Positions 12,369 to 25,985 are shown, numbered from the stretch's first letter. The stretch is 64,000 nucleotides of DNA from Octopus sinensis (GCF_006345805.1 NC_043010.1:46066001-46130000), one strand, 5' to 3'. Translations and numbers: made by a program. Notes: generated from the letters alone by a model not told the origin.

Positions 12369-13346
12369 CAAACACACACATGCTATGCATATTTGAATGT
12401 GTATGATCATATATGTGTAAGACATAAGTAGCTCCAGTTTAAACTCTATTACTATTTTATTAGAGATTTTCTTCAGTTCTGTTTAAAATACTAAATATCA
12501 AGGTTCAATGAGGTTTGAAACCCTTTTTGATCTTATCTCCTGGGTGAAATGTCAGTAACGGAAGTGGTTATTACACTTCCTTTGATTTCAGATGACAATA
12601 TTTTTTCTTATTCATTTTTACATCATTTTGAATTACTTGTCTGTTGACACTAGATTTTTATCTGCATAGAGGGAAGAGCTCCATCTTAGGGAACATCAAC
12701 ATAGAAAGGTCCTTTAGGTGGTACTCTATGAATCAAACACCATATGAAGAAATTAGTAGCAGGTTACAGAAATGGTGTATACTGCAGAAATTGCTTGAGG
12801 AATTCTTTCTAGTTTTGGCACAAGGCCAACAATTTTGAATGGGTGAAGTAGTTGGTTAACAGCCCCAGTACTCAAGAAAGCTTTGGCATCAATTTTTCTT
12901 TTTTGCATTTATTTCAAACACCATTCAATATTCAATAGTGGATAGCATTTGAGAACAATGAAAACTGGACACCAATTATTACTGGATAAAAATTATGAGT
13001 CAACTCTTAGTAAATGGTTTACTATAAATCATAGAGATGAATCTGTAATATATTATGCTCCAGTTTTCCACAGCACCATATTTAAAATAAATTAATAAAA
13101 AATGGACAAAGAGGAAATGAAGAGGATCATTAATTGTAAGAATCTACTTTATCAGCCTTCAAGATTCTGAAAGACATCATTAGCATATGATTTTTGCAAT
13201 GCAAATATGGGTCATGCTCATTTTAGGAGCAGCTTTAAAGATTGACTTTATTGAGTTTGATAAAGAATTTGATAGAAATATCAATGAAAGCTGTAAATTT
13301 GAAACTTGTTCTGCACTCGAGTTTAAAATTTGTTCATTTGAATATT

Positions 13347-13562
13347 GATTTAAAATTTTTGCACAAGACCAGTAACTTTTGGGAAGAGGTAAGTCAATTA
13401 CATCAACCCCCCAGTGCTCAACTGGTACTTATTTTATCAACCTTGAAAGGATGAAAGGTAAAGTTGACCTTGGTGGATTTGTACTCTGAATGCAAAGACA
13501 AATGAAATGCTGCTAACCATTTTTGCACAGTGTGCTAACAATTCTGCCAGCACACCACTTTA
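13347..13562 (-). mobile_element. Family B SINE (short tail type) with 16-bp TSD
   Basis: TSD TGTTCATTTGAATATT at 13331-13346 and 13563-13578; central CTTTCATCCTTTC...GATAAAATAAGTACCAG block. Confidence 0.88.
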
Positions 13563-13819
13563 TGTTCATTTGAATATTACTGCTCTGCCGCTTTCCAGAT
13601 CAATTGGAATCCTTTCCATATCACAAGTTGCCTATGGAGGATGATTGATTTCATTCTAACAAAATGATTATGAACAGTTAGAGAGACCTGTTTCCTGTCT
13701 CTGAAATGGAACTTCTCTTTATCAGTTTATCCTTGGATCATTTGAACCAAATGTATAAAATCTTTTTAATCAACTTTAGACATTACCATCAACAACTTAT
13801 AAAAAACTGAAGCAAGCTA

Positions 13820-14027
13820 TTAACCCTTTTGTTATCATATGCTGCCATTGTTTCAGTTAATTTTTAAAATAATGAAGAATTTAGTAAAATAACTTTCTTA
13901 TAATCAAGGTATGGTCTGGAACAAATTAGCATAAAATTTTGATGGAAGATTATAATTTAGACCACTTTAAAACAGTAAGTTTATGTTACAGAACCTGGGG
14001 CAGTCTCAGGTAAGTTGGTATCAAAAG
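13820..14027 (+). mobile_element. piggyBac-like MITE, family P1
   Basis: Starts TTAACCCTTTTGTTA; internal GAATTTAGTAAAATAAC and GATGGAAGATT shared with 57843-58069. Confidence 0.7.
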
Positions 14028-15002
14028 AAACTTTGAACTAAGAGGTCTGATGCCTTAAGAGATAATATATACGGAATAACAGTTGAAGTCCAAACCACTT
14101 CTTTTGTTGATAGTTCTAGTGGCTTCAGAAAGATGTTTCATGTGAACATTTGTTATGTGAAAGCATGTTTAGATGAACTGGTTTTCACTGTTTTACCCCC
14201 AGGACTGGCTACATTGTTTTACAAAAGTGGTTCTGCAGCTCATTCAACTTTCCATATTCCAATTTCCATTGACAGGAATTCTGTTTCCAGTATTGGTGTT
14301 AACAACAAACTAGCAAACATAATTTCTAATAGTTGGGTGTGGTTTGAAGGAGATTTGTTTCCTATTTACAAATACAGTGAATCGAAACTGCAAGAGTTAA
14401 ATGTTTCGACAGAACTAGTGACAGGATACAACTCATCAAAATTTCATCTGGTAGTCTCACACACCATTCACTTGCTTGACCAGCACAACTTATTAAATAG
14501 TATTATAAAGGGATTATTTTAGGACATTATAAAGTGTAATTAACAAATAACAATGAGGTTGTTCTCATGTCTGAGCTTGCATCAATGTTCATTTTCTCTC
14601 TTCCTCACTCTCTCTCTCTTTATCCCTCTCTCTCTCCCCCTCTCTCTTTCTTTATCCCTCCTCTCTCTCTTTATCCCTCTCTCTCTCTCTGTTGATTCTC
14701 ATTCTTTGTTTCTTTCAGCTTTTAGATGCCTTTTTCACTGGCTCTCTTTCCCTTTACCCCCCACCCCCACACCCCGCCTACACTTATTTTCATTTGTTCT
14801 CTTCCATTTGTTCGTTTGAAACTTCTAGCTTGTTCCTCTCCTGTTTCTTTCATGATATTCATTCGCCCTAACCATGTACTTCCCTCTGTCAGTGTCTGAC
14901 TCTTTATTCTCTCTCCCAGCCTCTCACTTTCACTCTTTTAGTCTCCTCCTCCTCTCTCCTTCTCCTTCTCCCTCTCTCCTTTCCCTCCCCCCCTTCTCTA
15001 AT

Positions 15003-15333
15003 CTTGGGCAAGTGTCTTCTACTATAGCCTTGGGCCGATCAAAGCCTTGTGAGTGGATTTGGTAGATGGAAACTGAAAGAAGCCCATCATATATATGTAT
15101 ATGTGTATGTATGTGTGTGTGTTTGTGTGTCTGTATTTGTCCCCCCAACATCACTTGACAACCGATGCTGGTGTGTTTGCATCCCCATAACCTAGCGGTT
15201 CAGCAAAAAGATTGATAGAATAAGTATTGGGCTTACAAAGAATAAGTCTTGGGGTCAATTTGCTCAACTAAAGGCGATGCTCCAGCATGGCCACAGTCAA
15301 ATGACTGAAACAAGTAAAAGAGTAAAATGAGTA
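15003..15333 (+). mobile_element. 5'-truncated family A SINE
   Basis: Runs from CTTGGGCAAGTGTCTTC to the AAACAAGTAAAAGAGTAAAA tail. Confidence 0.9.
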
Positions 15334-15374
15334 ACATTTCTAAATCTATCAATGTTTCAAATCTTCTCTATAAT

Positions 15375-15590
15375 CCTTTCCATTACAGGTACAAAGCCTG
15401 AAATTTGGGGGATGGGGGTCAATCAATTACATCAACCCCAGTTCTCAACTGATACTTATTCTATCAACCCCCAAAAGGATGAAAGACAAAAGTTGACCCC
15501 CCACCATGGGATTTGAGTTTAGAACATAATGATGGACAAAATGCTGAACAAAATTTTTGTCTGGCATGCTAACAATTCTGCCAGCTCACT
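15375..15590 (-). mobile_element. Family B SINE (short tail type)
   Basis: Colinear with 13347-13562 and the reverse complement of 58274-58480. Confidence 0.8.
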
Positions 15591-15908
15591 TCACTGCCAA
15601 ACTTTTCTATAATAAAAAGAAAGAACAAAACACGAAACAAAAAGAGATAGAAAATACATTAGTTGATAACGCTATCATCCAGTATATAATTCCATTAAAC
15701 ACTAGGTGATTAACTGAGAAGGCTTTATTGACAGCAAAATGCAAACCAAAAATCAACAAATTAAACCAAATGAAAGTAACCAGAAGTTGAGATGTTAAAA
15801 TTTTAAGTCTAGCAACGTTGATTTTATCAATTACAAAGTTATTCCTATGATCCATTGCTGCCCACTGCAAAACAGAGCAATAATAAAACAATGTCTAGCA
15901 ACAGTACC

Positions 15909-16746
15909 ATGTATGTATGTATGTATGTATGTATGTATGTATGTATGTATGTATGTATGTATGTATGTATGTATGTATGTATGTATGTATGTATGCATGC
16001 ATTTATGTATGCATGTATGTATGTATGTATGTATGTATGCATGATTTATGTATGTTGTATGTATGTATATATGTATGTATGTATGTATGCATTATATATG
16101 TATGCATGTATGCATGTATTATGTATGTATGTATGTATGTATGTATGTATGTATGATGTATGTATGTATGTATGTATGTATGCATATGTATGTATGTATG
16201 TATGCATGCATTTATGTATGCATGTATGTATGTATGTATGTATGTATGCATGCATTTATGTATGCATGTATGTATGTATGTATGTATGTATGTATGTATG
16301 TATGTATGTATGCATGTATGTATGTATGTATGTATGTATGCATGTATGTATGTATGTATGCATGCATTTATGTATGTATGTATGTATGTATGTATGTATG
16401 TATGTATGTATGCATGCATTTATGTATGTATGTATGTATGCATGTATGTATGTATGTATGCATGCATTTATGTATGTATGTATGTATGTATGTATGTATG
16501 CATGCATTTATGTATGTATGCATGTATGTATGTATGCATTTATGTATGTATGTATGTATGTATGTATGTATATATGTATATATGTATGTATGTATGTATG
16601 TATGCATTTATGTATGTATGTATGTATGTATGCATGCATTTATGTATGTATGTATGCATGTATGTATGCATGCATGTATGTATGTATGTATGTATGTATG
16701 TATGTATGTATGTATGTATGTATGTATGTATGTATGTATGTGTATG
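15909..16746. repeat. ~840-bp (TATG)n tetranucleotide array with recurrent GCATGCATTT variants
   Basis: Direct reading; source of the many spurious MYVC/HTYI ORFs. Confidence 0.97.
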
Positions 16747-17184
16747 TCCTTCAATAGTATTATCATGAGTCATTTAGTACCAAATGCTGAGGATGAGACA
16801 AAGATGGTCTTGAATTGCTCATGGATTTTGAAACATTGTTCTTTGAAACTAAACACAAGGAACTAAAGGAAACAACAAAAAAAAAATCAATAGAATAATT
16901 AAACTTGAACCTAAATTTTTCTTCATTATGACATATTTAAAAGAAAACTTATTCCCTATATGTATGTGTGTGTGTGTGTGTGTGTGGTGTGTGTGTGTGT
17001 GTGTGTGTGTGTGTGGTATACATAGGTCTATAATTTTGTACACAAATGTATACACTTTAGACCACCACATTTTGCATCTATGCAACAATAACAACAACAA
17101 CTAAATACTGGATTGTAATAATGGAATAAGTTGGTGTGCTTCAAGAAGAAACAGTTGAGATTTTACCCTACCTACCAACATAAT

Positions 17185-17185
17185 A

Positions 17186-17216
<31 letters not shown>

Positions 17217-17403
17217 ATGTATGTATGTACGTACGTACGTACGTACGTACGTACGTACGTACATATGTATGCATGCATATATGTAAGTATGTATGTACGT
17301 ATGCAAGTACGTATATATGTATATATGCATGCATGCATGTATGTATGTATGTATGTATGCATGTATATATGTATGTACGCATATATATATGTATGTATGT
17401 ATG

Positions 17404-17435
<32 letters not shown>

Positions 17436-17590
17436 TGTATGCATGCATTTATGTATGTGTGTATGCATGCATGTATGTATGCATGCATTTATGTTTGTAT
17501 GCATGCATTTATGTATGCATGTATGCATGTATGCATCTATGTATGTATGTATGTATCTATGCATGCATGTATGTATGTATGTATGTGTAT
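17185..17590. repeat. Compound (TGTC)n-(TACG)n-(TATG)n microsatellite
   Basis: Direct reading. Confidence 0.95.
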
Positions 17591-19410
17591 GTCCTTCAAT
17601 AGTGTTATCATGAGTCATTTAGTACCAAAATGTTATTCCACTCATGCAAGGACTTATTTCACTAAATTTCAATGTTTGAGGAAATGAGGCAATTTCCTTA
17701 ACAACCAAATATTTGTAGACTACAGAAATAAGCTGTTTCAATTTTGTGTCTATCTTTTTTTTCCCTAGTCTTTCTTTTCCCTGACTTTCAGGTGCCACAA
17801 AGGGCTCTGTTTTCTTTGTGACTCTCTCTTAAAGAACCAAAATGTGTAGATTCTTTCAGTAATATATGGCTGCTTAAGCTGGAGCAGATTATCTCTCTTA
17901 TCTCTCTAAAACTTGAGAATAATTTGTTTCTTCCTCCATCAAATAAAGTTTGCTTTGTTCATTTAGTACTCTATTCAAGACTACCCTGTCTCTGTTATAA
18001 TGCTGGCATAATTATTCTATATTAGGGACTGCTTTTTAAATAGTTCCTGATTAAGACATATCAGAGTGGAGATGAAGGAAATTTGGTAATTACATTGAGC
18101 ATCTGTTCTATTTTTAATCTCTTATCTTTTAATTCAGTCATTAGACTTCAGCCATGCTATGAAACTGCCTTGAAGAATTTTTTGCCAAATAAATTGAACC
18201 AATTAACCCCAGTCTTTTTTTTTTTAAGCCTCGCACTTATTCTATTGTTTAATTTTGCTGAATTGCTAAGTTATATAGGATGTAAATAAACCAACACCCA
18301 TTGTTAAGTAGTGCTATTTATGCCAAACAACATTGACATACTCATCGTGTACAAAGCGATTTGGTTTTAACTTCTATATCTATAAGTTATTCCACAGTCT
18401 TCTGCCTAGGATGTTGCATCAATTCTGTGATTTTGCCCTAGCCAGAATTAGAGCTTCATCATCTCTGCTCACCCCTTGTACACATTATCTTATGATGGGT
18501 AGGTTACCACAGATGGTGGATAAGTCATCACTACTTTTTGACAGCAAAACTACCCAAGAACTGTCGAATGTAATACTGTAGGTGAATTTTAAGAGTAATT
18601 AGTGGCATATCTCAAACAGTAATTTTCAGTGTAGTTTTTCAGAGTTATTTGCCGCATATCAATATTCTGTAAAGGTACCATTATTTTCAATAAAAACATT
18701 GAAAAGAAAAAGGAAAGCATTATATTACTTTCACATGTATTAAATAATTTTCATATCCACAGATGGGCTGCTTCATTATTTTGTGTATCTTCAGTGCAAA
18801 ATACGAGAGGATTATATTATATCTGTGCAATTCCAGAGAGGTAGAAATTTAGTTTATTGAGACAAAGTGATGAAGTGTTGAAGTCAGAAAGTTGCAAGTT
18901 GTTTTTGAGCCACAAGACACAGAAAAATAGAGAGAGACAGAGAGTGGGGGAGAGGGGGAGAGGGAAAGAGGGGAAGAGGAAGAGAGAGGAAGGGAGGAGG
19001 AGAGAGAGAGACAGAGAGGAGGAGAGGTGGAGAAGGAATGAGGGGAAGAGGAGGAGAGGGAAAGAGGGGAAGAGGAAAGGAGAGGAAGAGAGAGAGGGAG
19101 AGAGCAGGAGAGCAGCAGCAGTGGGATGCATATGGTTTAAAAATAAAAATGATAGTACTTAATATTTCTGTACCTTTTTCTGCCAAAAGGCTAAGAGCAG
19201 TTGAGTAGAAATAGAAACATTACAGAAAAGTTCCATTTTAGCCTTTTCCCAATAGCTTTTATCAATATCTGAACAGTTATTATGTGTGATGGTTGGAAGG
19301 TGCGCATAAGATCCATATGGATCTTGCTTACCTTTAAGGCATGCAATCAGGATGCTACAAAGCAAAACAAAAAGGATGAAAGAGAAATTTTCTACACTAT
19401 TTGAGTTAGT

Positions 19411-19452
<42 letters not shown>

Positions 19453-19564
19453 CTTTTACCTTTTACTTGTTCCAGTCAATCTGGGTTTGGTAATGGATAA
19501 TTGTGTTCAACTAAAGTCATTTAATCCAGTTGAAAAGTCCACACACACCCTTAGTTTTTTTTAG

Positions 19565-19577
<13 letters not shown>

Positions 19578-19595
<18 letters not shown>

Positions 19596-21119
19596 AACCA
19601 TCGGAGCTACCCAGTCTGAATAGTTGACTTCTTCAATTATAGCTAGACTTTCTAGTCCTTCTAGTTTTTTATTGAACTGGTCCAATGCTGCAAATGGCAT
19701 GTTCCATTTGGGCTTAAAAACAGTGTTGTCTTTTCTTTTTCTGTGATCCTTGCTTTTGTCTTAGTGCAATAGCTTAATCCTTTTAAAAAATACATTTGGA
19801 AACAATATTTTAATTTTTTTTTTGTCTCAGTTGTTCAACTTCATTCGAACTTTTGACCATGCTGACTACATTTTCACAGAGAACACTACTGGAGGTATCC
19901 CATATTTCAAATAACTCCATGCACTCTGTGTCAAATAGGTTTAGTAATTTTTTCAACACATAAATGATTGTCCTTTTCGTTTCACCTCAAAAAGTTACAT
20001 TGCCAATACATTCACTGATGAAATATAATTTCTTTCCTGTAACACTATATGCTACTTTATTTGATTTAAATAATATCAGCTTAATGATTTGTTGCCATGT
20101 TTCTTCATTTATGATAGTGATGTTACTACCCATGTCTAATTGTATTTTAACACTAGTGGCTTCAATTCTCACTGTGATGATTTTCTGTTCATTGTACAAA
20201 CTTTTTTCTCTGATGACAAACTATTTATTTTTTCTTGTTTGGTTCAATTTTTCATCATCTTAGTTCTGCAGTGCAATTTAATGTGTCCTGTGTTCCCACA
20301 ATGAAAACACTTTGCTTTTTTAAACGGACATGCTTTTCTCAGGTGCTTACAGATTCCACATGTGGGTTTATCTCCAGTTGTATATTGTGTTTTCTGGTGA
20401 AACACTTTATCCATCTTCCAACTCTTCCACACTGGCTTTTTCTGTAAACAATTTCTGTGTTGGATTTCTTCTGTGTCGTGCCTTACTTTTAATATCATAT
20501 CACACTCTTCTGACACTTTCTGGAGAGTTGTATCCTTGTTCATTTCCAGCATACTGACTTCTGCGTCCTTTTCAGTAGTAAGTCCCTGAGCAAAAATCAG
20601 GCATTTGAATAAGTCTGGAGTTAGTTTATCCAGTTTAAATCTCTCACTCTCTCTCTTCATCATTGCTTTCTCAATGTTCAATCACTTCCAACATGTGTAG
20701 AACAGTGATGTTTTTGCAGTAAACATCCTACATGAAATGTCAACTGTGTCCATGAAATTTATGTCAGAAACTTTTTTAGGTAATATGAAGTTACAGTATT
20801 TCTCATGCTCTATCGTTGCCAGTTTCCTCAGAATTAGATGCATTTTCATTTTGTCTGTCCAGTCTTGGCATTCTTTTTTGAAAATTTGTTCAAATCTTTG
20901 GTAATATGCCTCAAAGGTGACTCCTTCTTCCAGGTCATATTTAAATTCATCTATTGAATTTGCTACATGGTTTGATGAAAACATATTTTCTGGTTTTGTT
21001 ACCAACTTCATTAGTCGTAGCATTTGTTGCTGTAACATTTGTTGTTGTTCTTGTTGTTCTTTGAGTTATTATTGTTGCTGTTTTTGCAACACAACTAGAT
21101 CCTCTAACAAGTTTTCCAT
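19578..21119 (-). pseudogene. gag-pro-(pol) polyprotein pseudogene
   Basis: ATG at 21119; ORF pieces 20682-21038, 20244-20681 and 19987-20199 are separated by stops and frameshifts. Confidence 0.85.
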
Positions 21120-21285
21120 AATTTTATGGATTCTTCATAAAATATGTACAACAAAAAGTGTGTGTTACTCCCCTGTCAAGTTTTTAATTTCCCCACATGA
21201 AAAATATTTCAACATCATCCACGTGAATTGTTTATTTTCTTGTGAAAAAATTGTTTTTCTTTTGAACATTGTGTGAATTGTTTAT

Positions 21286-21298
21286 ATCTTTGTCACCA
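21286..21298 (-). promoter_or_regulatory. Primer-binding site complementary to the tRNA-Ser(GCT) 3' end
   Basis: TGGTGACAAAGAT versus expected TGGCGACGAGGAT (10/13; two differences are CpG-type), 1 nt after the LTR-terminal CA. Confidence 0.7.
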
Positions 21299-21464
21299 GT
21301 GTTATAGTCTGGATCCTCATCCATACAAATAGTTTGTTTTTTTAAAGGTATTCATATATTACAGTCATTTCACTCCTAAGTTATAGCTGTATCTAATTCT
21401 AACAAGAGAGAGAGAGAGAGGGCACAGGAGCTTTGAATCTATGACAATCTAGTTTGGAGACCAG

Positions 21465-21619
21465 CATGGAATCCATTGTCATTTGGAATTGTATTAAAAA
21501 ATTGTTAAAATATTGTGTAAATTGTAGAAGTATGAGCAATTTATTGCACATAAATTTTAACAACAAAATCTTATATGGAACCCTAAGGACCATATATGGA
21601 CCCCAGTTGAGAACCCTGG
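21465..21619 (+). mobile_element. hAT-like MITE 3' fragment
   Basis: Matches 56620-56758 and ends GACCCCAGTTGAGAACCCTG. Confidence 0.7.
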
Positions 21620-21869
21620 ATTATTTGTTCCATGAACACACTGTTGATGAGGTTAAGAAAAAATTCTACATATCTTTGGTTATGATATGACATTCCTGGA
21701 TATTTGAGCGTTTCTGAGTGACTTCAGTCAAATAAAAAGAATACATGTATATGTTTACCAAATTCAGTAAACAATAGCTTTTTCAATCTTCCCAAAGGTG
21801 TTCTGAAATTTTGTGCCATGGAGGATATGGTGTACATATAATTACAAATTGCTTTATATATATTAATAA

Positions 21870-22088
21870 AAAGCACCATCCGATCGTGGCCATTTGCCAG
21901 CCTCGTCTGGCACGTAAAAAGCACCCACTACACTCACGGAGTGGTTGGCGTTAGGAAGGGCATCCAGCTGTAGAAACACTGCCAGATCAGACTGGGCCTG
22001 GTGCAGCCTTCTGGCTTCCCAGACCCCAGTTGAACAGTCCAACCCATGCTAGCATGGAAAGCGGACGTTAAACGATGATAATGATGAT
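21870..22088 (+). mobile_element. RTE-type LINE 3' tail (family E), well preserved
   Basis: GTGGTTGGCGTTAGGAAGGGCATCCAGCTGTAGAAAC...CCATGCTAGCATGGAAAGCGGACGTTAAACGATGAT with (GAT)n tail; CpGs retained. Confidence 0.85.
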
Positions 22089-22566
22089 ATTATTTACATA
22101 CTATTAACTATTTTTCAGTGTCATAACACAAGTAGGGTGTGACATCTTCATCAATGTACATGGCAACTCTATCACAGCTGTTTTCTTTCCTGTCAGATAG
22201 GAAAACATCATACTATGGATTTATGTAATTAGGAATCAGAGATGTTTGTTGATAGGTGAGTTTTCCTAATTGCCATGGATATTACTTGATCATATGTGAC
22301 AGGGTCTCTCATGCTGGGAACTCTACTCCTGTTACACAGCTGTAAAAAGGACATAACATTTCATAGTAGAAGTGTTCTTACATTAGTAGGTAGAGAGTAT
22401 GGAGTCGTAGATTACTTGTGATAGCATTCTGTGGTGGTGAAAGTAATTATGTGTTTGTGCACTTTGTAACCAGGTCAGATGCAGCACTATTCTTTGTGCC
22501 AGTTTTGTGAACCAATTTTAATTCCTGCTTATATAGTTAATTCTCTTAACATAGGCTGGCATTGTT

Positions 22567-22605
22567 CTTGCTGAAGATCTGACTGGTTCAGAGAAGTTAT
22601 GCAAG
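22567..22605 (+). ncRNA. Hammerhead ribozyme-like motif (decayed)
   Basis: CTTG CTGAAGA TCTGA CTGGT TCAGA GAAG TTATG CAAG. Perfect 5-bp stem II and 4-bp stem I, but GAAG instead of GAAA and no valid NUH triplet. Confidence 0.45.
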
Positions 22606-23071
22606 TGGCTGTATTTATTACACTTAACTGAAATACATAGAATATTGATAAATTGATAGGCTGATCAAACGATTGATTAATTGATTCTTTGATTGAATGG
22701 ATGGAAGGGTACGGACAACAAATTTTCATAAATACATGATATTTGATAAGATTATGAAATTTTGGCATACACTATACTGGTAACTTGTGTGCGTGTGTGT
22801 GCATATGAGAGAGAGAGAGAGAGAAAGAAAGAAAGAAAGAGAGAGAGAGGGAGAGAATGAAAGAGAGAGAGTATGATGTTTGTATGTTTGTGTGTGTCTG
22901 CATGCATTTATGTATCTGTCCTTGTGTGTGTATGTGTGTGTGTGTGAGAGAGAGAGAGAGCGAGAGAGAGTGAGAGAGAGGAGAGAGAGTGAGCGTTGTA
23001 TTTATATATGTGAGTGTATGTGTGCATGCACATGTATGTGTGTTTCTCTGTGTGTGCGTGTGTGTGTGTGT

Positions 23072-23112
<41 letters not shown>

Positions 23113-23497
23113 CATGTGTGCGTGCGTGTGTGTGTGTGTGCATAGGATGTGTGTTTATAGTTATATAATGGATGAGTACACATAAGCGTGGCTGAATGGT
23201 TTATAATTTCTCTTCACAACCAAGATATTTTGAGTTTGATTTTTCTGTGAAGCACCAGGGTCAAGTGTATTTATTCTACCATAGTTTTGGGGGTTAACCC
23301 ATTCCCAAGCCTTGGAAACAAAAACAAGTTGTCAATGAAAACTAGATTAAAACTCATCAGATTGACTGTCCCTGCAATTCAAACAGCCAGACTTAGCTTA
23401 TACAGTGTCATGCTGTTTTTATAAGAGTACTATGTTTAGGAAACAAATACTCATGGAATACTTACACTGTCATTCTATGAATGAATAGATAATCACA

Positions 23498-23873
23498 TTG
23501 GTCATGCCAGTGCCACATAAAATGCACTCATGTCGGTGCTGCATAAATGCACCCATGCCAGTGGAATGTAAAAAAGCACCCAACAAACTTTGTAAAGTGG
23601 TTGGCACTAGGAAGAGCACCCAGCCATTGAAACCATGCCGAAACAGATAACTGGAGTCTGAGCAGCTCCCCAGCTGGCCAACTCCTGTCAAACTGTCCAG
23701 CTCATTCCAGCATTGAAAACGGGTGTTATACAACAACAACAATGACAATGATGATGGTGATGATGGTGATGATGATGATGATGATGATGATGACGACGAC
23801 GACGGCGACGACGATAATGGTGGTGATGGTGGTGGTAATGATGATGATGATGAGGAGGAGGAGGAGGAGGAGG
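23498..23873 (+). mobile_element. Family E RTE tail with expanded (CAA)/(GAT)/(GAC)/(GAG) trinucleotide tail
   Basis: AAAGTGGTTGGCACTAGGAAGAGCACCCAGCC...CATTCCAGCATTGAAAACGGGTGTTA, then a trinucleotide run. Confidence 0.75.
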
Positions 23874-24364
23874 ATTGGTCAAGCAACAGAAATACACGTT
23901 GTAAAAACCACCACATGATCTATTTACATCATGTGCATGAACCTTAATTGCAAGTGCAACATCAAATTTCCAGAACTTTACATTAAAAAGCCTTTCCGAA
24001 TTATTGGTTTTTCCAAACCAAAGATGGACACTAAATTAAACAGATATTAAATTTACTTCACTAACCAAATGAAATATATTAGTATAAATGATATAAGTTT
24101 ATAAATACTGTACAATGCAAGGTACCAGTACACTTTTCTGACAGCTGTGGGGATTTGAAGTTCCTGCTTGTAAATTATTGCAGATTATTAGAGGTTCCAG
24201 ACCATCAGGATTTGGAAAAGTTAGCATTGTACCTGTGTAGAATGCACACTTGCAAGGAAATATGTGAAATGTGTTATATGTGCATTATTATTTAAATAGC
24301 TAACTCTACCATATTGGAATGGCCATACTGACATACAAAGAAAAAACAGCAATCTCTTCTTATA

Positions 24365-24840
24365 GTCTCTCTCTCTCTCTCTCTGCTTTCTCTAGTACAT
24401 GCAAGCTCTCTCACATTCTATCTCTTTCTCTCTATATCTCTCAGTCTCTGTCTATCTCACTTGCTTTTCTCTATCTCATTCTCTCTCTCTCTTTCTTGGC
24501 CTCTCTCTCATGCATATGAGTGCTCTCTCATTCTATCTCCTTCTCTCTGTCTCTCTCACTCTCTGTCTATCTTCCTACTCCTTTCTACGTCTCTTTCACT
24601 TCCTTTCACTCTCTCTCTCTCATACTGTTTCTTTCTCCTATACCTCTTACTCTCTGTCTATCTCCCACTCACTCTTTCTCTACCTCTTTCTCTCTCTATC
24701 GCTCAGTCTCTGTCTATCACTCTTGCTCTTTCTCCATCTCTTTCACTTTCTGTAGCTCTCTCTTCTCTTTATTTCTCTCTCCCAACTCTTTCCCCAAACT
24801 CCCTCCTTGTAGCCTCCTCTCTCTCTCCCTCTCTCTTCAT
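24365..24840. repeat. CT-rich degenerate low-complexity tract
   Basis: Direct reading. Confidence 0.85.
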
Positions 24841-25250
24841 GCACACAAATGTGTACACACATGCATAAAAGCAGATGTATATATATATATATATATATAC
24901 ACCCTAACATGTACATTGCATACATGCATGCATACATACACAAATGCCTACATATGTTAACACACAAGCTCAACCATAAATGCATTTGCACATGATACAC
25001 ATGCACATGTACATAGCATACATAATGTGTGCAACTGCATGTATGCATCTGCACACATGCACATGCAAACACAAATAAATGATTACAGTCTGTCTGAGAG
25101 ATTAAAATAAATGAGTTCAATCACCTGATCTATGTTCACACACATTTTCTCTCTATCTCTCTCTCTCATTATAACAATATATATATATATATATATATAA
25201 TATATATAATACACACACATATCCGATATATATATATATAATTATTTATA

Positions 25251-25297
<47 letters not shown>

Positions 25298-25343
25298 ATG
25301 TATATATATAGATATATATATACTATATATGTATATATATATC

Positions 25344-25376
<33 letters not shown>

Positions 25377-25441
25377 GTGTGTGTGTATACACACACATAC
25401 ATATATATATATATGTATGATATACATATATATTTATATAT

Positions 25442-25488
<47 letters not shown>

Positions 25489-25824
25489 CTTTCAACTATG
25501 TCCTCCAGTTGTCAATTCTCACTCTCTTTCTTCCAACTTTCTTCTCTCTCTCTCTTTCACCCCTTCCCTTCTCTCTCCACCTCTCTCTTTCCACCTCTCT
25601 CCCCTCCACTCCCCTCTCTATGACATGCCATCAGTTCTTCAGCTGGTAATTAGAAATTGAAATTTCTCATGCAGATTAATTAGTTAACGTTTTGCTTCCT
25701 ATTTTTCTTCATTGTTATGAATACATTTCTATGTAACCCTATTTCTGTGCAATTCAGAATTTTGTTATGTCATATTGTAATGCTTCCACTTTTTTTCATG
25801 ATGACTTAAGGGAAAATTAAAGAA

Positions 25825-25888
25825 ATGATAATTATGATGATGGTGGTAATAGTGCTGGTGGTGCTGGTGGCAATGGTGCTGGTGCTGG

Positions 25889-25932
<44 letters not shown>

Positions 25933-25939
25933 GTGGTGG

Positions 25940-25985
<46 letters not shown>

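Larger units (their letters stand above)
12960..14335 (+). mobile_element. Helitron Rep/helicase (PIF1-like) pseudogene remnant, interrupted by a SINE and a MITE
   Basis: Translations 'STLSKWFTIN', 'SFPQHHI*NK', 'KWTKRK*RGSLIVRIYFISLQDSERH' match the Helitron inter-domain region. 'GLATLFYKSGSAAHSTFHIPISIDRNS' (14200-14280) matches the PIF1 motif 'GIAATLL.GG.TAHS.F.IP'. Confidence 0.75.
19578..21400 (-). mobile_element. Gypsy/Ty3 LTR retrotransposon remnant (Mag-like): 5' LTR end, PBS, gag, protease, start of RT; 3'-truncated
   Basis: LTR end ...TAACA at 21300 followed by PBS TGGTGACAAAGAT. gag 'SIDEFKYDLEEGVTFEAYYQRFEQIF...LILRKL...YCNFILPK'; zinc knuckle 'CFHCGNTGHIKLHC'; protease 'IQLDMGSNITIINEETW'; RT start 'VFKPKWNMPFAAL...IIEEVNYSDWVAPM'. 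Right LTR boundary uncertain. Confidence 0.88.

Noticed and set aside
15845-17687. Long ORFs (up to 300 aa, MYVC/HTYI repeats)
   Set aside because: Translations of (TATG)n arrays; no coding signal.
21692-21733. Partial HHR-like pattern (minus: ATTTGA CTGAAG..GAAA CGC TCAAAT); a similar weak pattern lies at 16783-16822 (+)
   Set aside because: Core incomplete; cannot be distinguished from chance.
23470-23947. Poly-Asp/Ser/His ORFs
   Set aside because: Expanded trinucleotide tail of an RTE 3' end.
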